A stretch of DNA of 64,000 nt from an uncultured virus (IMG/VR IMGVR_UViG_3300031834_000003) (taxonomy: Duplodnaviria > Heunggongvirae > Uroviricota > Caudoviricetes), in IMG/VR virus record IMGVR_UViG_3300031834_000003, one strand, 5' to 3'. The notes below the pieces were generated by a model. It saw only the letters and a list, made by a program, of their open reading frames with translations. It was not told where the DNA came from and ran no database searches. The stretch's first letter is position 1. Every line of letters starts with the position of its first letter. Both the position numbers and the translations under genes were made by a program. Below are positions 51,937-62,791 of the stretch, one piece after another.

Positions 51937-53380
51937 GTTTTAGTCCCATCCCTTCTCCATATCTTTTTATAAGCTCACGTTCAATTTTCTTGAGCTCGGT
52001 TTCCATGTCGGTCAATGGCTTTAGTTGTGCATCTGTCATGAAGTTTATAATACGGTAGTGAGAACTAGCAAACCTCCGTATCTCTTTTATCAAGACAGCA
52101 CGTCTAATCTTGAGGTCGTTTGTTATTCCTTCCATGGCTAGTAGCCTCGGTATTCTAAGCCAGCTGCTACAGGTGCATAGAATAGCGCCTCAGCTGCTGT
52201 TTGTGAAAGCTTATCTCCGTTGTTGGCAACTTCCTCATCAGACCAGTCGCTCAGTCCTTTGTAGGCTGCCCAGTCGTGTCCTTCACCTATTACGGCGATG
52301 ACTTTGTAACCTAATCTATCCCCTGGTTTGAGGTCCATAGGTCGTACACTTACAGGATTCAATGTTGGTTTCATGATATCTCCTCATCATCTATCAAAAG
52401 TTCTTTGAAGCCGCTGGGTTTTATTAGAAGCTCAATGGAAAAGAACTTCTCACCCATAATACTGAAACGTTCTCCAGAAGTCCATGGTCTAGCTATAACT
52501 GGGATTTCTGTACCATTCTCGAGTATGATGCTCTTAATCTTTTTGAATGGACTATGCACTTCACGCATTACTCTCTCCTATCTACAGAATAAAAAGCAAA
52601 AGAAACATCCACCTATTTTGGTGTGTGCCGGTCATAGATATCTTCTATCTCTTCGAGGTCTGATAGAGTTAGGTTTCTCATGCCGTATAACTTGATTGTT
52701 ACTATGAGCTTCTCCAGTTTCAAGGCATAGGCACGTGCATCTGATATCCACTTTGCTTGTAGCTGAGTCTCTATCTTGTGGTTCCCCATCATATCTAGCA
52801 TTTCTGCTTTCAGATGTAGGTTTTCTGCCTCAAGTTCTGTAATACGAATGCTTCGTTCTCCGTTTGTTCTTATGAGATATTCTCCCATTATAGGTTTATT
52901 CATGTTCTTCCTCCACTAACTTCTTTGCTTCAGCCCAGATGCAATCGGATGTATGGTGGTCGTTTGACCAATGTTGCTTTTTCCCGCAGAAGAAACAATA
53001 TATCCCAAAGTCATCATATGTCCATGGGTCATTGTTGCCTTCAAAGAATTGTTTCCATAACTCTAGTGCTTTCTCTGTTTTCGAGGAGTGGGCTAAGAGT
53101 TGTCCTACTACTATTTCACTCATGTCTTCTCCTTCTTTACCATTAGCTCTCCGATTGCAGCTATGAGGTCAAAGGTGTTGTCTGTTGATAGACCCATTAT
53201 CGCCAGGTTTTGTAAGTTCTTCCTGATGTAGTACTGGTCTTGAGGGTCAAGCTTTTTGAAAGCTCGGCGTCTACAGTTACGTCTTTCTCTTGCGTGATTA
53301 GGTTCCATTATTGTCTCCTCTTTTTCTTGCACAAGAAATATTGGTGGGTTGTTAGCCCACCAATATTATAGATTGATTTC

Positions 53381-53878
53381 TTACGGTTGAAGCAGGGACC
53401 ACCCATGAGTTTCGAGATTGTAGTATCCTCGCTTAGCACTTGGGCACATAAGCAAGAAGACCTCGAATACATCAGGAGCTAGTGGTGTACCGCCATAGTG
53501 ATGAGGAATGTATAAGGCGCCATTGACCTGGCGCTCAAAGTCCTCGAGAGTATAGTTCCATCGTCCTTCTTCCCAAGGTATCATCATATAGCGATACATA
53601 ACTCGATGGAGCTCGTTATTAGCATCATAGTACTCGTAGTCTGCCTCGCCCATATAGGTAAGGACAAAATAGAACCGGTACTTGACATCAAACTCTGTAA
53701 TCACCTCGTGATAGCGAGTTGAAGGCTCATATACCCAGGCTTGGAATTTATCGCAATCAGCTGTAGTCTCGCTAAACATATCGAGTGCATACTGGTTGTA
53801 TTTCACCAAGTAAAGCTTGTGCATCTTTCTAGTGTTTGGGATAGCGTCTAGTCCACGACCTGCGAAGATGTGTTCCAT
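53381..53878 (-). CDS. Hypothetical protein
   Basis: 165-aa ORF in the - strand cluster, followed by a hairpin at about 53339-53367. Confidence 0.55.
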   Translation of the reverse strand: MEHIFAGRGLDAIPNTRKMHKLYLVKYNQYALDMFSETTADCDKFQAWVYEPSTRYHEVITEFDVKYRFYFVLTYMGEADYEYYDANNELHRVMYRYMMIPWEEGRWNYTLEDFERQVNGALYIPHHYGGTPLAPDVFEVFLLMCPSAKRGYYNLETHGWSLLQP

Positions 53879-54140
53879 ATTAGCTTCCTTGTCTTATCTC
53901 TTTGCAGAGTCTTCGAAGTTCTTTGCGTTGATAATCATTTAGATTAATGGATAGTGCTCTTTGATTATCAATTAAGAAACCAAGTGCCCATGCAATAGGG
54001 TAATCAAATCCTGCTTCTCGAACTACATCTTCCAGTTCTGCGAGGGTGTTGTCTGATGTTCTGCTCATTATCATATCCTTTTGGGGGTGTGCTGGGCTAC
54101 CCATTCACACCCCCCTATTTGTGTCTAGAGAAAAGATTTT

Positions 54141-54983
54141 CTAGAGTGTGGTGATTTGGACGCCAATGATATCAATGGCTCCAAAGTTAGCTGCTTGCTC
54201 TAGTGCTTCGGGACTATCTGCTAGACCACTAGCAGGTTGATTGGTGCTTGTATCCCAGAGCATATAGCCGATGACCTTTGGCTCTTCGAAAGAGGGGAAC
54301 ATTGGAAGTAACTTGCTGCTTTCCTCTTTGCGTTCTCGTTGTAGCGCTTCTACATCGTCGTTGGTGAGAGCATAGCCACGAGGCTTGTTCTCAGACTGTA
54401 GAACCGTCTGGAGTTTTGCTACTGCCTTATCCTGATAGTGCGAGGATAATTTAGCGAGGTTCCTGGCAGCTTCTGGCTGTACAACGCCTGCTGTAACTCC
54501 CTCGATGATTTCATTAGGTAACTTCATGTATTCTTTCAGTTTCCTAATGCGAGGCTGAGGTATGCTAGTCCAGCGGCTGATAAAGCCGTTGTCTGCAATG
54601 GTAGGACCATATGTGTCCATCATAGTTCTGATAGCGTGCATATCTGCCAGGTCGTTGCTAGACCGGCTGTTATTATCAGCGCTACGAGCCATGATAGCTT
54701 TCATCATTGGCATGTGTGCATAACGGGCTGGGATAGTCTCCCACTCCAGAATACGACTGCCTTTGATGCGCCGATTGCCTGCGATGACGAATTGAGTACC
54801 ATCCTCGGTAATAGCTACCAGGATTGGCTCCATTACCTGTCCTCGGTCTCGTAATTCCTGTAGGAATTCCCGAGTGACTGGTTTGGATAATAGCTTATCG
54901 TTGGGAGGTAAGGTATCTACTGATGCTACCTTATCTTCCCAGTCAACCCCTGCGAGGCTAATTAGTTCTAACTGGAAGTCCAT
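54141..54983 (-). CDS. ParB/Srx-like N-terminal domain protein
   Basis: EPILV…VIAGNRRIKG, plus a helical HTH-like region. Confidence 0.8.
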   Translation of the reverse strand: MDFQLELISLAGVDWEDKVASVDTLPPNDKLLSKPVTREFLQELRDRGQVMEPILVAITEDGTQFVIAGNRRIKGSRILEWETIPARYAHMPMMKAIMARSADNNSRSSNDLADMHAIRTMMDTYGPTIADNGFISRWTSIPQPRIRKLKEYMKLPNEIIEGVTAGVVQPEAARNLAKLSSHYQDKAVAKLQTVLQSENKPRGYALTNDDVEALQRERKEESSKLLPMFPSFEEPKVIGYMLWDTSTNQPASGLADSPEALEQAANFGAIDIIGVQITTL

Positions 54984-55992
54984 GTGTTTTCCTTTCTTAT
55001 TCTTTCTTCGAGGGCATTGATTTCACCCCAACTATTACCCATCTTGTAAGCAGCTATTTCAAACATGCCTACAACACCGAGTGTTTCTAGTCCTGCTTTG
55101 AACCGACGAAATTGCGAGGCTAATGCAAGCATGGCACCTTCTGGGGTGTTTGATTGTTCATCAGCCTCGCTGACGTCATAGATATCGTCTGTCATTCTGC
55201 GTCCAGGTCTTTAAGGATGTAAAGGACAGCTCGTTGCATATCCAAGGGGGATAACATATGATTAGGGTCTGAATCTATCATCCTCTTGATGAAGATTTGA
55301 GTTGGTACAGTTAATTCTGCATCACCTATCTTGCTTCTATATAGTTCCAATACTGCTTTAGAGAATTTCAGGCATTCGACTATCACTCGCCACTTACGAG
55401 GGGTGAGCTTGACTGTTACGGTTGTTTCTGGCATTCTTGCTCCTTTAGTTGTTTCTCTAGTAGTTCCAGAAAGCCTTTGATATCGTTCCTGTGACAGTTC
55501 AGGTCATGAGCCAATGCCCAGCATAAATCATAAAGACCCATTGCCTCGAGTTCTTCCTTATGGTCTATAAATGTATAGGCTATCAGGTCGGGGTCGTGAT
55601 GTGGGTTCTCTAGATTTTTGTGGGCATTGGCAATGTGTGTTGATAGGTTCATGTTAGATAGTCCACCTTGATTATTTTAGTTTTGCCGTAGAAGCGTCCA
55701 CTACCGTTTTTATGCTTGACATAGACGCCAACGAAACCATAGATTTCACCTCCTTCTATAGCTTTGTTGTCTACAAAGTCTTGCATATCTTCATATAACC
55801 AAGGTGAGGCTGGTAGTTCTCCAGTATCGCTTTTGATAACTATGAGGTCACCAGTTTCTGATTGAGTAAAGATAATTTTACAGGGATATTTTATGGAATA
55901 CTTGGGAGCTAAATGCCCCCAAGTATCAACCATAATAATAGCTTTATCTCTTGCTTTTATTGGCGCAAACGCCTCTTCCATATAGTTAGTCA

Positions 55993-56814
55993 TTATGCAT
56001 TCGTCAGGAAGATTGGGATTTTACTGAGGTCCTTGAGCTTGTTCAGTGCTGTCTCAAGTTTGTCAGTATCGGGACTATCTACCACATGTAGTTCAGTGAT
56101 AGGTAACCAGCCTACAATAGCTAGACCACACTTCAGTTTCTTATTCTCGATTGGGCGTGCTGCGATATATTGCGTTTCGCCAACGTCTCTGAAGCCTAAG
56201 CGAGGGTCACTGCTATGTAGTTCTTTCTTGAATTCTCTCTTAGCATTGGCTAAGGGCATGACATGTTGCCAATGTAATGTAGCGCACATTCGACCATTGT
56301 CGTGGATGTGCTCGAGTTGTGCATCCCCATCAGGTAAGAAGCAGTGAATGGGAGTTGGCAATCCAGGAATTTCAACATACTCCTGTTTCAACTCTTGGAT
56401 TTTCTCTGGTTCCAGAATATTGCCACATGGGTGACATAGAAAGCGTCGGCTTTTTCCTGGCTCGAGTAAGCTTAGGTTCTTAGTGATTGGAACTAGAGTA
56501 GAACCATCCAAACTGAATGCTTCCTCGAGGATATCCGCTGCATTGGGATAACCTGGGGGAGTAACTCCAATCCAATCAAAGACGTGCCAGGTGTCTCCAA
56601 TTTGGTAATAGGATACTCCCTGAGCACTCATTCCATACACTGATGGGTCTGGAATGGGCTCCGGTGGGTCTACGACAAAATATCCCCATGGATAGTGTCG
56701 TAGTGCTTTCTTCATGTCGCTGACAATGTAGGTTTTGCCAGCTTTGCGACCAATAGTCCCTGGCGCATTACAGCCACGTTCTACTGGTTCTACTTGCTTT
56801 GTAAGAATGTTCAT
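55993..56814 (-). CDS. Hypothetical protein
   Basis: 273 aa beginning VERGC, coupled to neighbouring genes. Confidence 0.6.
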   Translation of the reverse strand: MNILTKQVEPVERGCNAPGTIGRKAGKTYIVSDMKKALRHYPWGYFVVDPPEPIPDPSVYGMSAQGVSYYQIGDTWHVFDWIGVTPPGYPNAADILEEAFSLDGSTLVPITKNLSLLEPGKSRRFLCHPCGNILEPEKIQELKQEYVEIPGLPTPIHCFLPDGDAQLEHIHDNGRMCATLHWQHVMPLANAKREFKKELHSSDPRLGFRDVGETQYIAARPIENKKLKCGLAIVGWLPITELHVVDSPDTDKLETALNKLKDLSKIPIFLTNA

Positions 56815-57392
56815 TATTCTCCTAGTAGTGTGTATCTGATTTCTGTGAGTTGTTCAAGAGTTAAGCTTCTTGCCTCTTTGGTTTGGATTGGATATTCTTC
56901 CACCTCGTTAGTCAAGTTCAGAATGTCCATCATCAAGTTTAGAATATCTATCTTTATGACTGGAATATGGAGTACATCCGAGGCTTGATAGGCTGCTAGT
57001 TTCTCGGATATAGTTTCTGAATTTTTATAATGAGCGTCTTGATATCCTACTGCCATTGCCTGAGCTTTAGCAGTTCTGAAACCGGTGAAGTTTACTGTGG
57101 GGATTTGTGTCTTTCCGAATGCCTGTACTAGAAAGATGGGTGAGACTTCTGAATTACCGGTGTAGCCTCGGGCTGTCCATTCTTGGAATGTAGCGTAAAT
57201 TCCGCAGCTGCATGTATCTCCAGGAATGTCACTTACTTCTTTGCCATCTAGTGTTCCTTCACATCGGTAGCATTTTGCTATTGCTACGCCATTTTCCCAG
57301 ATGAATTCTCGTCTGGTTGGGCTGGAAAATTTCCCCATTTCATAGTTCCATGCGAGGGCTCGTAAGCCCACAATATTTGTGATTGGTGGCAT
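56814..57392 (-). CDS. Hypothetical phage protein (CSCGIYA motif)
   Basis: 'A.C…P…CSCGIYA…GFR' motif seen in uncharacterised phage proteins. Confidence 0.55.
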   Translation of the reverse strand: MPPITNIVGLRALAWNYEMGKFSSPTRREFIWENGVAIAKCYRCEGTLDGKEVSDIPGDTCSCGIYATFQEWTARGYTGNSEVSPIFLVQAFGKTQIPTVNFTGFRTAKAQAMAVGYQDAHYKNSETISEKLAAYQASDVLHIPVIKIDILNLMMDILNLTNEVEEYPIQTKEARSLTLEQLTEIRYTLLGE

Positions 57393-57889
57393 CTCTCTCC
57401 AGAGTTTCCCCGCTTTTACTACGGGGAGAATAGATTTTCTGACTAATTATATCAGCCAGATTTTGATTTGCGATTTACAATGGTATTTATCACTTTTCCC
57501 CATTCTGAGCATTGTTCGTTAGTGCAATGTGCCTTTAGGTTGTTGGGAGGTGTATAACCAAGGATAGACATCTTACGATTACATTGATTACACCATGGCG
57601 CAAAGACTAGATAATGCTTTCCTAAGTTCTCGGTCAGAATGACGTCTAGGTCAGCGAAGTAACCCATTTGCTCCTACTTTCTGTGGTGCTACTAATGGTA
57701 CATAAGCTGGGTCAGGCCAGTTTTCTACCTTGATAGGTGCTTCTACTGGCTTTGGAATCTCGATTGGTTTGGGTAAATCCTTGTAAATCTTGACTTTCTG
57801 TTTCTCTCCGATTTGCATGTCAACCTCTCTCTCTTTATGATATTATACTTCCAGGAACCAAAACAACCACCCAAAGGAAACATCCACCA

Positions 57890-58696
57890 ATGAGTAGATA
57901 TGCGAATAATGTAGTAGGTTCTAAAGGTAAAGTGAAGCTTAACCAAAAAGAACATAAGATAATGCGCCAATCTATGGTGGCTGCTGAATTATGTAAACAA
58001 TTGCAAAAAAGTGTCAGTCTTACTGAGGCTATTTCTGTAGTTGTAGAGGCTGGGGTTACACAACCGATGACAGCACATGACGCTCATTGGCTACTCTTTA
58101 ATGCTAATATGAAAATTCCAGAATGGTGTCGAGATGCTTATTTAGATTGGTTAGCAGATAGAGTTCTTGGGATTTTTGCAGAGTCTCCTCCTTCGAGGTC
58201 CACAATTGCTAAAGAGCTAGGGATAGGTACGGCTCAGCTAAGTAAAATGCTGGTTGATGACCGTATAAGAGTACGTCTTCAGGCGAGGGTCAATGAAGTG
58301 ACTGCTGACCCGATGATTCCGCATATTCGTGAAATGATTGTTACTGAGCTTTTGCCAAAAGCTTATACATCTTTACAGGATGAAATTAGCAGTCAGGCGC
58401 CCTGGACTGTCCGTCAAAAAGCTCGCCAAGATATTATGAAATTGGCTGGGATTACTCCTGAGACACCAGAGCGCAATGATGCTGTTGAAGCCTCGAAGTT
58501 CTTACAGTCTCAGAATATCATTGTGACTATCAATGGTCCTACTCAGTATGTCCAGGTGCAGTTACCAAAAGAGTATCAGGAAGCAATGACTAAGCTATTG
58601 CCTCCTGATATTATCGATGTTACTCCGACGATTGGGGAATCTGTTGAGGTTGTGCCTGAAGTCGTTCTTGAAGTCCCCGAAGATACGCCAGCATAG
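57890..58696 (+). CDS. HTH protein resembling a terminase small subunit
   Basis: IAKELGIGTAQLSKML HTH and 'VRQKARQDIMKLAG'; lone + strand gene in a - strand region. Confidence 0.45.
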   Translation: MSRYANNVVGSKGKVKLNQKEHKIMRQSMVAAELCKQLQKSVSLTEAISVVVEAGVTQPMTAHDAHWLLFNANMKIPEWCRDAYLDWLADRVLGIFAESPPSRSTIAKELGIGTAQLSKMLVDDRIRVRLQARVNEVTADPMIPHIREMIVTELLPKAYTSLQDEISSQAPWTVRQKARQDIMKLAGITPETPERNDAVEASKFLQSQNIIVTINGPTQYVQVQLPKEYQEAMTKLLPPDIIDVTPTIGESVEVVPEVVLEVPEDTPA

Positions 58697-59063
58697 ATTC
58701 TGCGTAGAGCAGCCGGTCATGTCGATTTCTGGAATTGACAAACTTGTAGTAGTCAGTTCCTCGACATTCTACTTGACCGGTATCTTTGCGGATAATGCAA
58801 GAGCGACAACTTTGATGTTTATCGTCATAAGAGAACTCACAAAGAGCGCAAGTTTCTCCTCCACCATCCGTAATTGCAAAATAGGTATCATCTCCTATTT
58901 GCTGTGCACATTCAGCTACAATAGTTCCCCACTTATCAATTGAGAGTTCTAGAGCTGTTTCTGCATTATCAATCTTCATATTCTCATATTCTGGTTTCCA
59001 TCTGAGTACTCGTACATTCTCATGTAATGGTGGATAATCTATGAAGTGGAAATGGTTAACCAT
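58620..59063 (-). CDS. Cys-rich hypothetical protein (paralogue A)
   Basis: KW…TCALC…CRSCII…EC.GT.YY.F. The annotated 3' end overlaps the convergent gene. Confidence 0.55.
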   Translation of the reverse strand: MVNHFHFIDYPPLHENVRVLRWKPEYENMKIDNAETALELSIDKWGTIVAECAQQIGDDTYFAITDGGGETCALCEFSYDDKHQSCRSCIIRKDTGQVECRGTDYYKFVNSRNRHDRLLYAESMLAYLRGLQERLQAQPQQIPQSSE

Positions 59064-59281
59064 GGTTCTCCATCCTTTTCTTTAGTTCATCGTATACACC
59101 ATCTGCATAAATCTGCGCTCGGGCACGTTGATAGGCATATTCTGTAATAACTGCTTTTCTAGCCTCGTGTCGGCGCACAATCTCTCTCTTAAGCAATTCC
59201 ATGTAGTCCTCGGATAATTGGGATTTCTCCGAGTAGAATCCCGTGGCATAGGTCGCGTCCTGTAGTTCATCCAGCATCTGT

Positions 59282-59581
59282 TCAAATGTTGGCATTTTTC
59301 TCCTTATAGAAAAAGCAATGTCTTAGCCATACTGGGTCAAAGTTTATGGGCCATAAAGCCCAACCATTTCTAATGCCAGCTGGGTCAAATTTTACAGCTG
59401 GTACTCTTTTCTCATTAACTTCAATTACAGGTATATGAGTTAGAAGATAGTATTGTTCATGAATTTTCGTTATGTTAGCTGGTTCACATTTGCTATGTGC
59501 GCTTCCTGGAATAGTTCCTCGAAATTCACATTTATAGCAATTAGCTGCTTCAGCTTTTGCTACTGCTTCTTCAATGGTCAT
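59282..59581 (-). CDS. Cys-rich hypothetical protein
   Basis: CYKCEFRGTIPGSAHSKC…GIRNGWALWPINFDPVWL.C. Confidence 0.6.
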   Translation of the reverse strand: MTIEEAVAKAEAANCYKCEFRGTIPGSAHSKCEPANITKIHEQYYLLTHIPVIEVNEKRVPAVKFDPAGIRNGWALWPINFDPVWLRHCFFYKEKNANI

Positions 59582-60084
59582 GATTTCTCCTCAGCTTGGA
59601 TTTCTTTCACGAAGTTAAGCATGTCTCTGGCTGCATCAAGACGTCTGGGACCATCGTGCTCAGAGTTGTAGTGAGCAAACCTATAATAGGCTGTACCATG
59701 GCACTCATGTTGTTTTGTCTTCTTGTAGATTGGGCAACCTTTACATTTACCTTCATGCTCAAAGAGCATACAGTATGCACAAGTTACACCACTGAATCCA
59801 AAAAGTTCTGTAAAAATACCAGAGTCACTTTGTGCTACACATTCTCGTTCTATGAGTGCCCATTTCTCAACTACGAGGGCTGTTGCCATTTCTAGTGGCA
59901 TATTCTTTTCAGGTGTGAAGTTTTCCCACCAAAACCAACGATTAGTACCACCTGCAGTTTTCTCTGTTTCAATCTTGAAATGCGAACTACTTCTAGCTTC
60001 ATCATTCATCTGTATATCCTGCCTCGGTTTTCTCTGGGTGCCGGTCATCAGACCTGGCATCGTTAATTGCTTTCTGCTCATCAA
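59578..60084 (-). CDS. Cys-rich hypothetical protein (paralogue B)
   Basis: KW…TCAYC…CKGCPI…ECHGTAYYRF. Confidence 0.55.
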   Translation of the reverse strand: MMSRKQLTMPGLMTGTQRKPRQDIQMNDEARSSSHFKIETEKTAGGTNRWFWWENFTPEKNMPLEMATALVVEKWALIERECVAQSDSGIFTELFGFSGVTCAYCMLFEHEGKCKGCPIYKKTKQHECHGTAYYRFAHYNSEHDGPRRLDAARDMLNFVKEIQAEEKS

Positions 60085-60465
60085 TATATTCTACGAGGTT
60101 ACGTAGATGTCTGCGCCAATAATGAGCACCACTCTTTTTGGCAATACAAAGCATATCAGCCTGCTTTTTAGTTATGATACCTTTATTGATAGCATCATTA
60201 GCTATTTTCCAGAATAACTCTTTCAGTTCTTTGGTACTGGTCCATTGATTATTGTTCATCTTTTGCCTCCATATTGCTGCCTGGACAAAGTTTCCTAAAT
60301 GGTTTTTTAGTTATTTGAGTATGTAGTCTTAGCACATGAATAGAACCATCGCCACCCTTTGGTATCTTTAGAGCATAGAAGTTTCCACACACTGGACATC
60401 TTGACCAACCGTATGGATATGATTTACTTGTCATTTTTGCCTCCATATTAATTATAGCTTTGAAT

Positions 60466-60526
60466 AAAAAAGAAGCCCGTTTGCTTATCCAGTCGCTTCG
60501 CGCCTTCTTCTGGTAGCAAACGGGCC
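60466..60526 (-). terminator. Long hairpin with U-tract
   Basis: On the - strand, GCCCGTTTGCT…AGCAAACGGGC followed by TTCTTTTTT. Confidence 0.6.
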
Positions 60527-60551
60527 TCATTTCAAAAGAAACATCCACCTA

Positions 60552-60821
60552 TTAGTATTCCTCTGGTAGAAGAAATGTAGTAGCGCTTCGGTCGGCTTCG
60601 GTGATTATCCAGAGCCGACCTGCTTTAGTATCATACGCTGAGAGGATACGAAGATGTTTATCTTTTGAGTAATCGTTCTCTAGCTTATCCTCGGAAGATA
60701 AATCACCCCAATCGCCCTGTTGGTGGCGAACCAGATAGTGCCATAGGTTCACGCCTTGTTCTGCTAAACCCATGGCACCTGGAGTAGTAACGACTTGTCC
60801 TAGTACGAGTAGAGGTTCCAT
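60552..60821 (-). CDS. Conserved small plasmid/phage protein
   Basis: LGQVVTTPGA…RHQQGDWGDL..ED…N…RILSAY…WIITEADRSATTFLLPEEY, a family pattern common in mobile elements. Confidence 0.7.
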   Translation of the reverse strand: MEPLLVLGQVVTTPGAMGLAEQGVNLWHYLVRHQQGDWGDLSSEDKLENDYSKDKHLRILSAYDTKAGRLWIITEADRSATTFLLPEEY

Positions 60822-61146
60822 ATTTTTCTTGCACTAGAAAAGTAGTGAATGGTTTTCTATCCATTCTCGAGCCAGGTCACGAACAAGACCCGCGAGGTCG
60901 GGATGGATAGTTTCCTGAGAGATTGCTGGAGCCTGGGCTGCTACTCGAATGAAATCTGGGAAGTCTACATCCAGACCACATTCTTTAGCAGTTTCCATTA
61001 CACTCCGACAAGCCTCGATATTGCTATAATCCACGGAGTAATCATCTTTTGCTAATTCTCTTGCAAGATTTGCAAAGGAAATAGCAAGTTTGATTGTACC
61101 CAGAATATAGTCTTTCTCCAATTTTTCATTTTCTCGATTGTTTCTA

Positions 61147-61533
61147 TCACCATGGTATAGGACCATTATATTTTGAGGCTCCTTGTCTTATCATATACTT
61201 GAGGAATTCAATCCAGCTACCATCACCCTTGATAAAGCTGGTAATGGTCTCGCCATTCTTATCTGCAATCTTCATTCCCCATTTTCCATCAGGTAACTGA
61301 CATGGAAGGAACCACTTTCCATCCTTGGTCTTCCATTTCAGTTCCAGATTGCTCTTCTCGAGGCATTCTATAATTATAGATGCCTCGCCATGGTTCTCAG
61401 CGTGGATTACACCATTCATATCAGGGAGTTCAATAGTTTTGGTGTTCCATAGCATCCATCCTCCTGCGAGGAAGAGTGAGATAAATGTAATGTAGAAAAA
61501 GCCCGAGTTTCCTCGGGCTATGGTATCGGTCAT
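61147..61533 (-). CDS. Membrane-anchored hypothetical protein
   Basis: N-terminal TM segment followed by HAENHG. Confidence 0.5.
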   Translation of the reverse strand: MTDTIARGNSGFFYITFISLFLAGGWMLWNTKTIELPDMNGVIHAENHGEASIIIECLEKSNLELKWKTKDGKWFLPCQLPDGKWGMKIADKNGETITSFIKGDGSWIEFLKYMIRQGASKYNGPIPW

Positions 61534-62054
61534 CAGTTGTAGCTTTCCCTCTCTGCCTCTCGGCGTTTCTCAGGATGTTCCTTGCCATATTCCTCGCAGT
61601 AAGAACCTGCGAAGTGGAACCAAGCTCGTTTACCTTCTTCTGCCCTATTGTGACCGGTGCAGAAGAACCAGCCATCTTGTGTTGCTAATCGTGCTTGCTC
61701 TTCCCAATATCCAAGAATCTCGTGTGAGAATTCTCTGCATACAATTGCCTCGCCACCCTGGTTCTTGCGTCTTACCCAAATGTGGTCTGGCAAGCCTCTC
61801 CAGTATGAGGTGTCCACAAAGAAGTATAAGTGTGGATACCTCTCTTGTAATTTCAGGTCAACCTTCAGCTGCTTATGTTCGATGTCATTTCGTTCTAACA
61901 TCTTTGCAGATTCTGGGGAGGCAAGATATTCCTCGGTGATGTACATGGATGAGGAACCAAGTTCTTTGTAAGGGGCAAAGATAATGCGATATCCCTTACC
62001 GTCCTTGATAATGTCAAACAGAGGCCAGCGCCTCTTGAGGTCATCGATATTCAT
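61533..62054 (-). CDS. Hypothetical protein
   Basis: AAAGGAG RBS; 173 aa. Confidence 0.55.
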   Translation of the reverse strand: MNIDDLKRRWPLFDIIKDGKGYRIIFAPYKELGSSSMYITEEYLASPESAKMLERNDIEHKQLKVDLKLQERYPHLYFFVDTSYWRGLPDHIWVRRKNQGGEAIVCREFSHEILGYWEEQARLATQDGWFFCTGHNRAEEGKRAWFHFAGSYCEEYGKEHPEKRREAERESYN

Positions 62055-62111
62055 GATTCTCCTTTGTTTTTGGGGAGTGCCAGGTGGCTTTTACACCACC
62101 TGGCTATGATA

Positions 62112-62528
62112 CTAGAACGGTGGCGGTGCACCCTGCTCGAGTGCATCAGTCACTTCTTCGTGACCATTGCTTTCGGTCTCACCACGGCTGGAAAGGAACT
62201 TAACAGTTGCGGCATTCACTTCAAATGATGCGCCAGCAGTGCCATCTTGCTTGGTCCAGATAGCAGGTCCACCAGTGACCTTATCGGGAGTTAGCCGACC
62301 TTCGACCAGAACCTTGCTACCTCTCTTGAGGTATTGATTGCAAGCCTCTCCTTGCTTACCCCAAGCTGAGACACGGAACCAAATGGTTTCCTCAACTTGT
62401 TGTCCATCCGACCCAGTGTATTTGCGATTGGTTGCAACGTTGAAATTCGTTACAGCCTGTCCACTGGGTAGATAGCGCATCTCGGGGTCTTTTCCGAGAT
62501 TTCCTACAATGATAATGGTATGGTACAT
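62112..62528 (-). CDS. ssb: Single-stranded DNA-binding protein
   Basis: IIVGNLGKDPEMRY…NFNVATN…WFRVSAWGKQ…KGSKVLVEGRL with a PPF tail. True start is ATG at 62528 after AAAGGAG. Confidence 0.92.
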   Translation of the reverse strand: MYHTIIIVGNLGKDPEMRYLPSGQAVTNFNVATNRKYTGSDGQQVEETIWFRVSAWGKQGEACNQYLKRGSKVLVEGRLTPDKVTGGPAIWTKQDGTAGASFEVNAATVKFLSSRGETESNGHEEVTDALEQGAPPPF

Positions 62529-62791
62529 TTTATTACTCTCCTTTACTAAGATATGTTTTAACTGGTGTAAATCACCAGCACAAACCAACCAAAAGAAACA
62601 TCCCCCATTGTTATTTCTTGGACAAGTGAAGAGATTTGAACTCTCATTATCTTGATTCACAGTCAAGCTCTCTGCCATTGAGATACACTTGTCTACGTAC
62701 TAGACCACAAATTCACACCCATTCTCCGGTTCTATGCTTGGACACTCTCAAATAGAGGTTCTATGAAATCCCGGAAACGGTCTACTCATTA

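Noticed and set aside
62529..62678. N-terminal extension of SSB in the ORF track
   Set aside because: SSB homology and the RBS point to ATG at 62528; the extension covers intergenic motif sequence.
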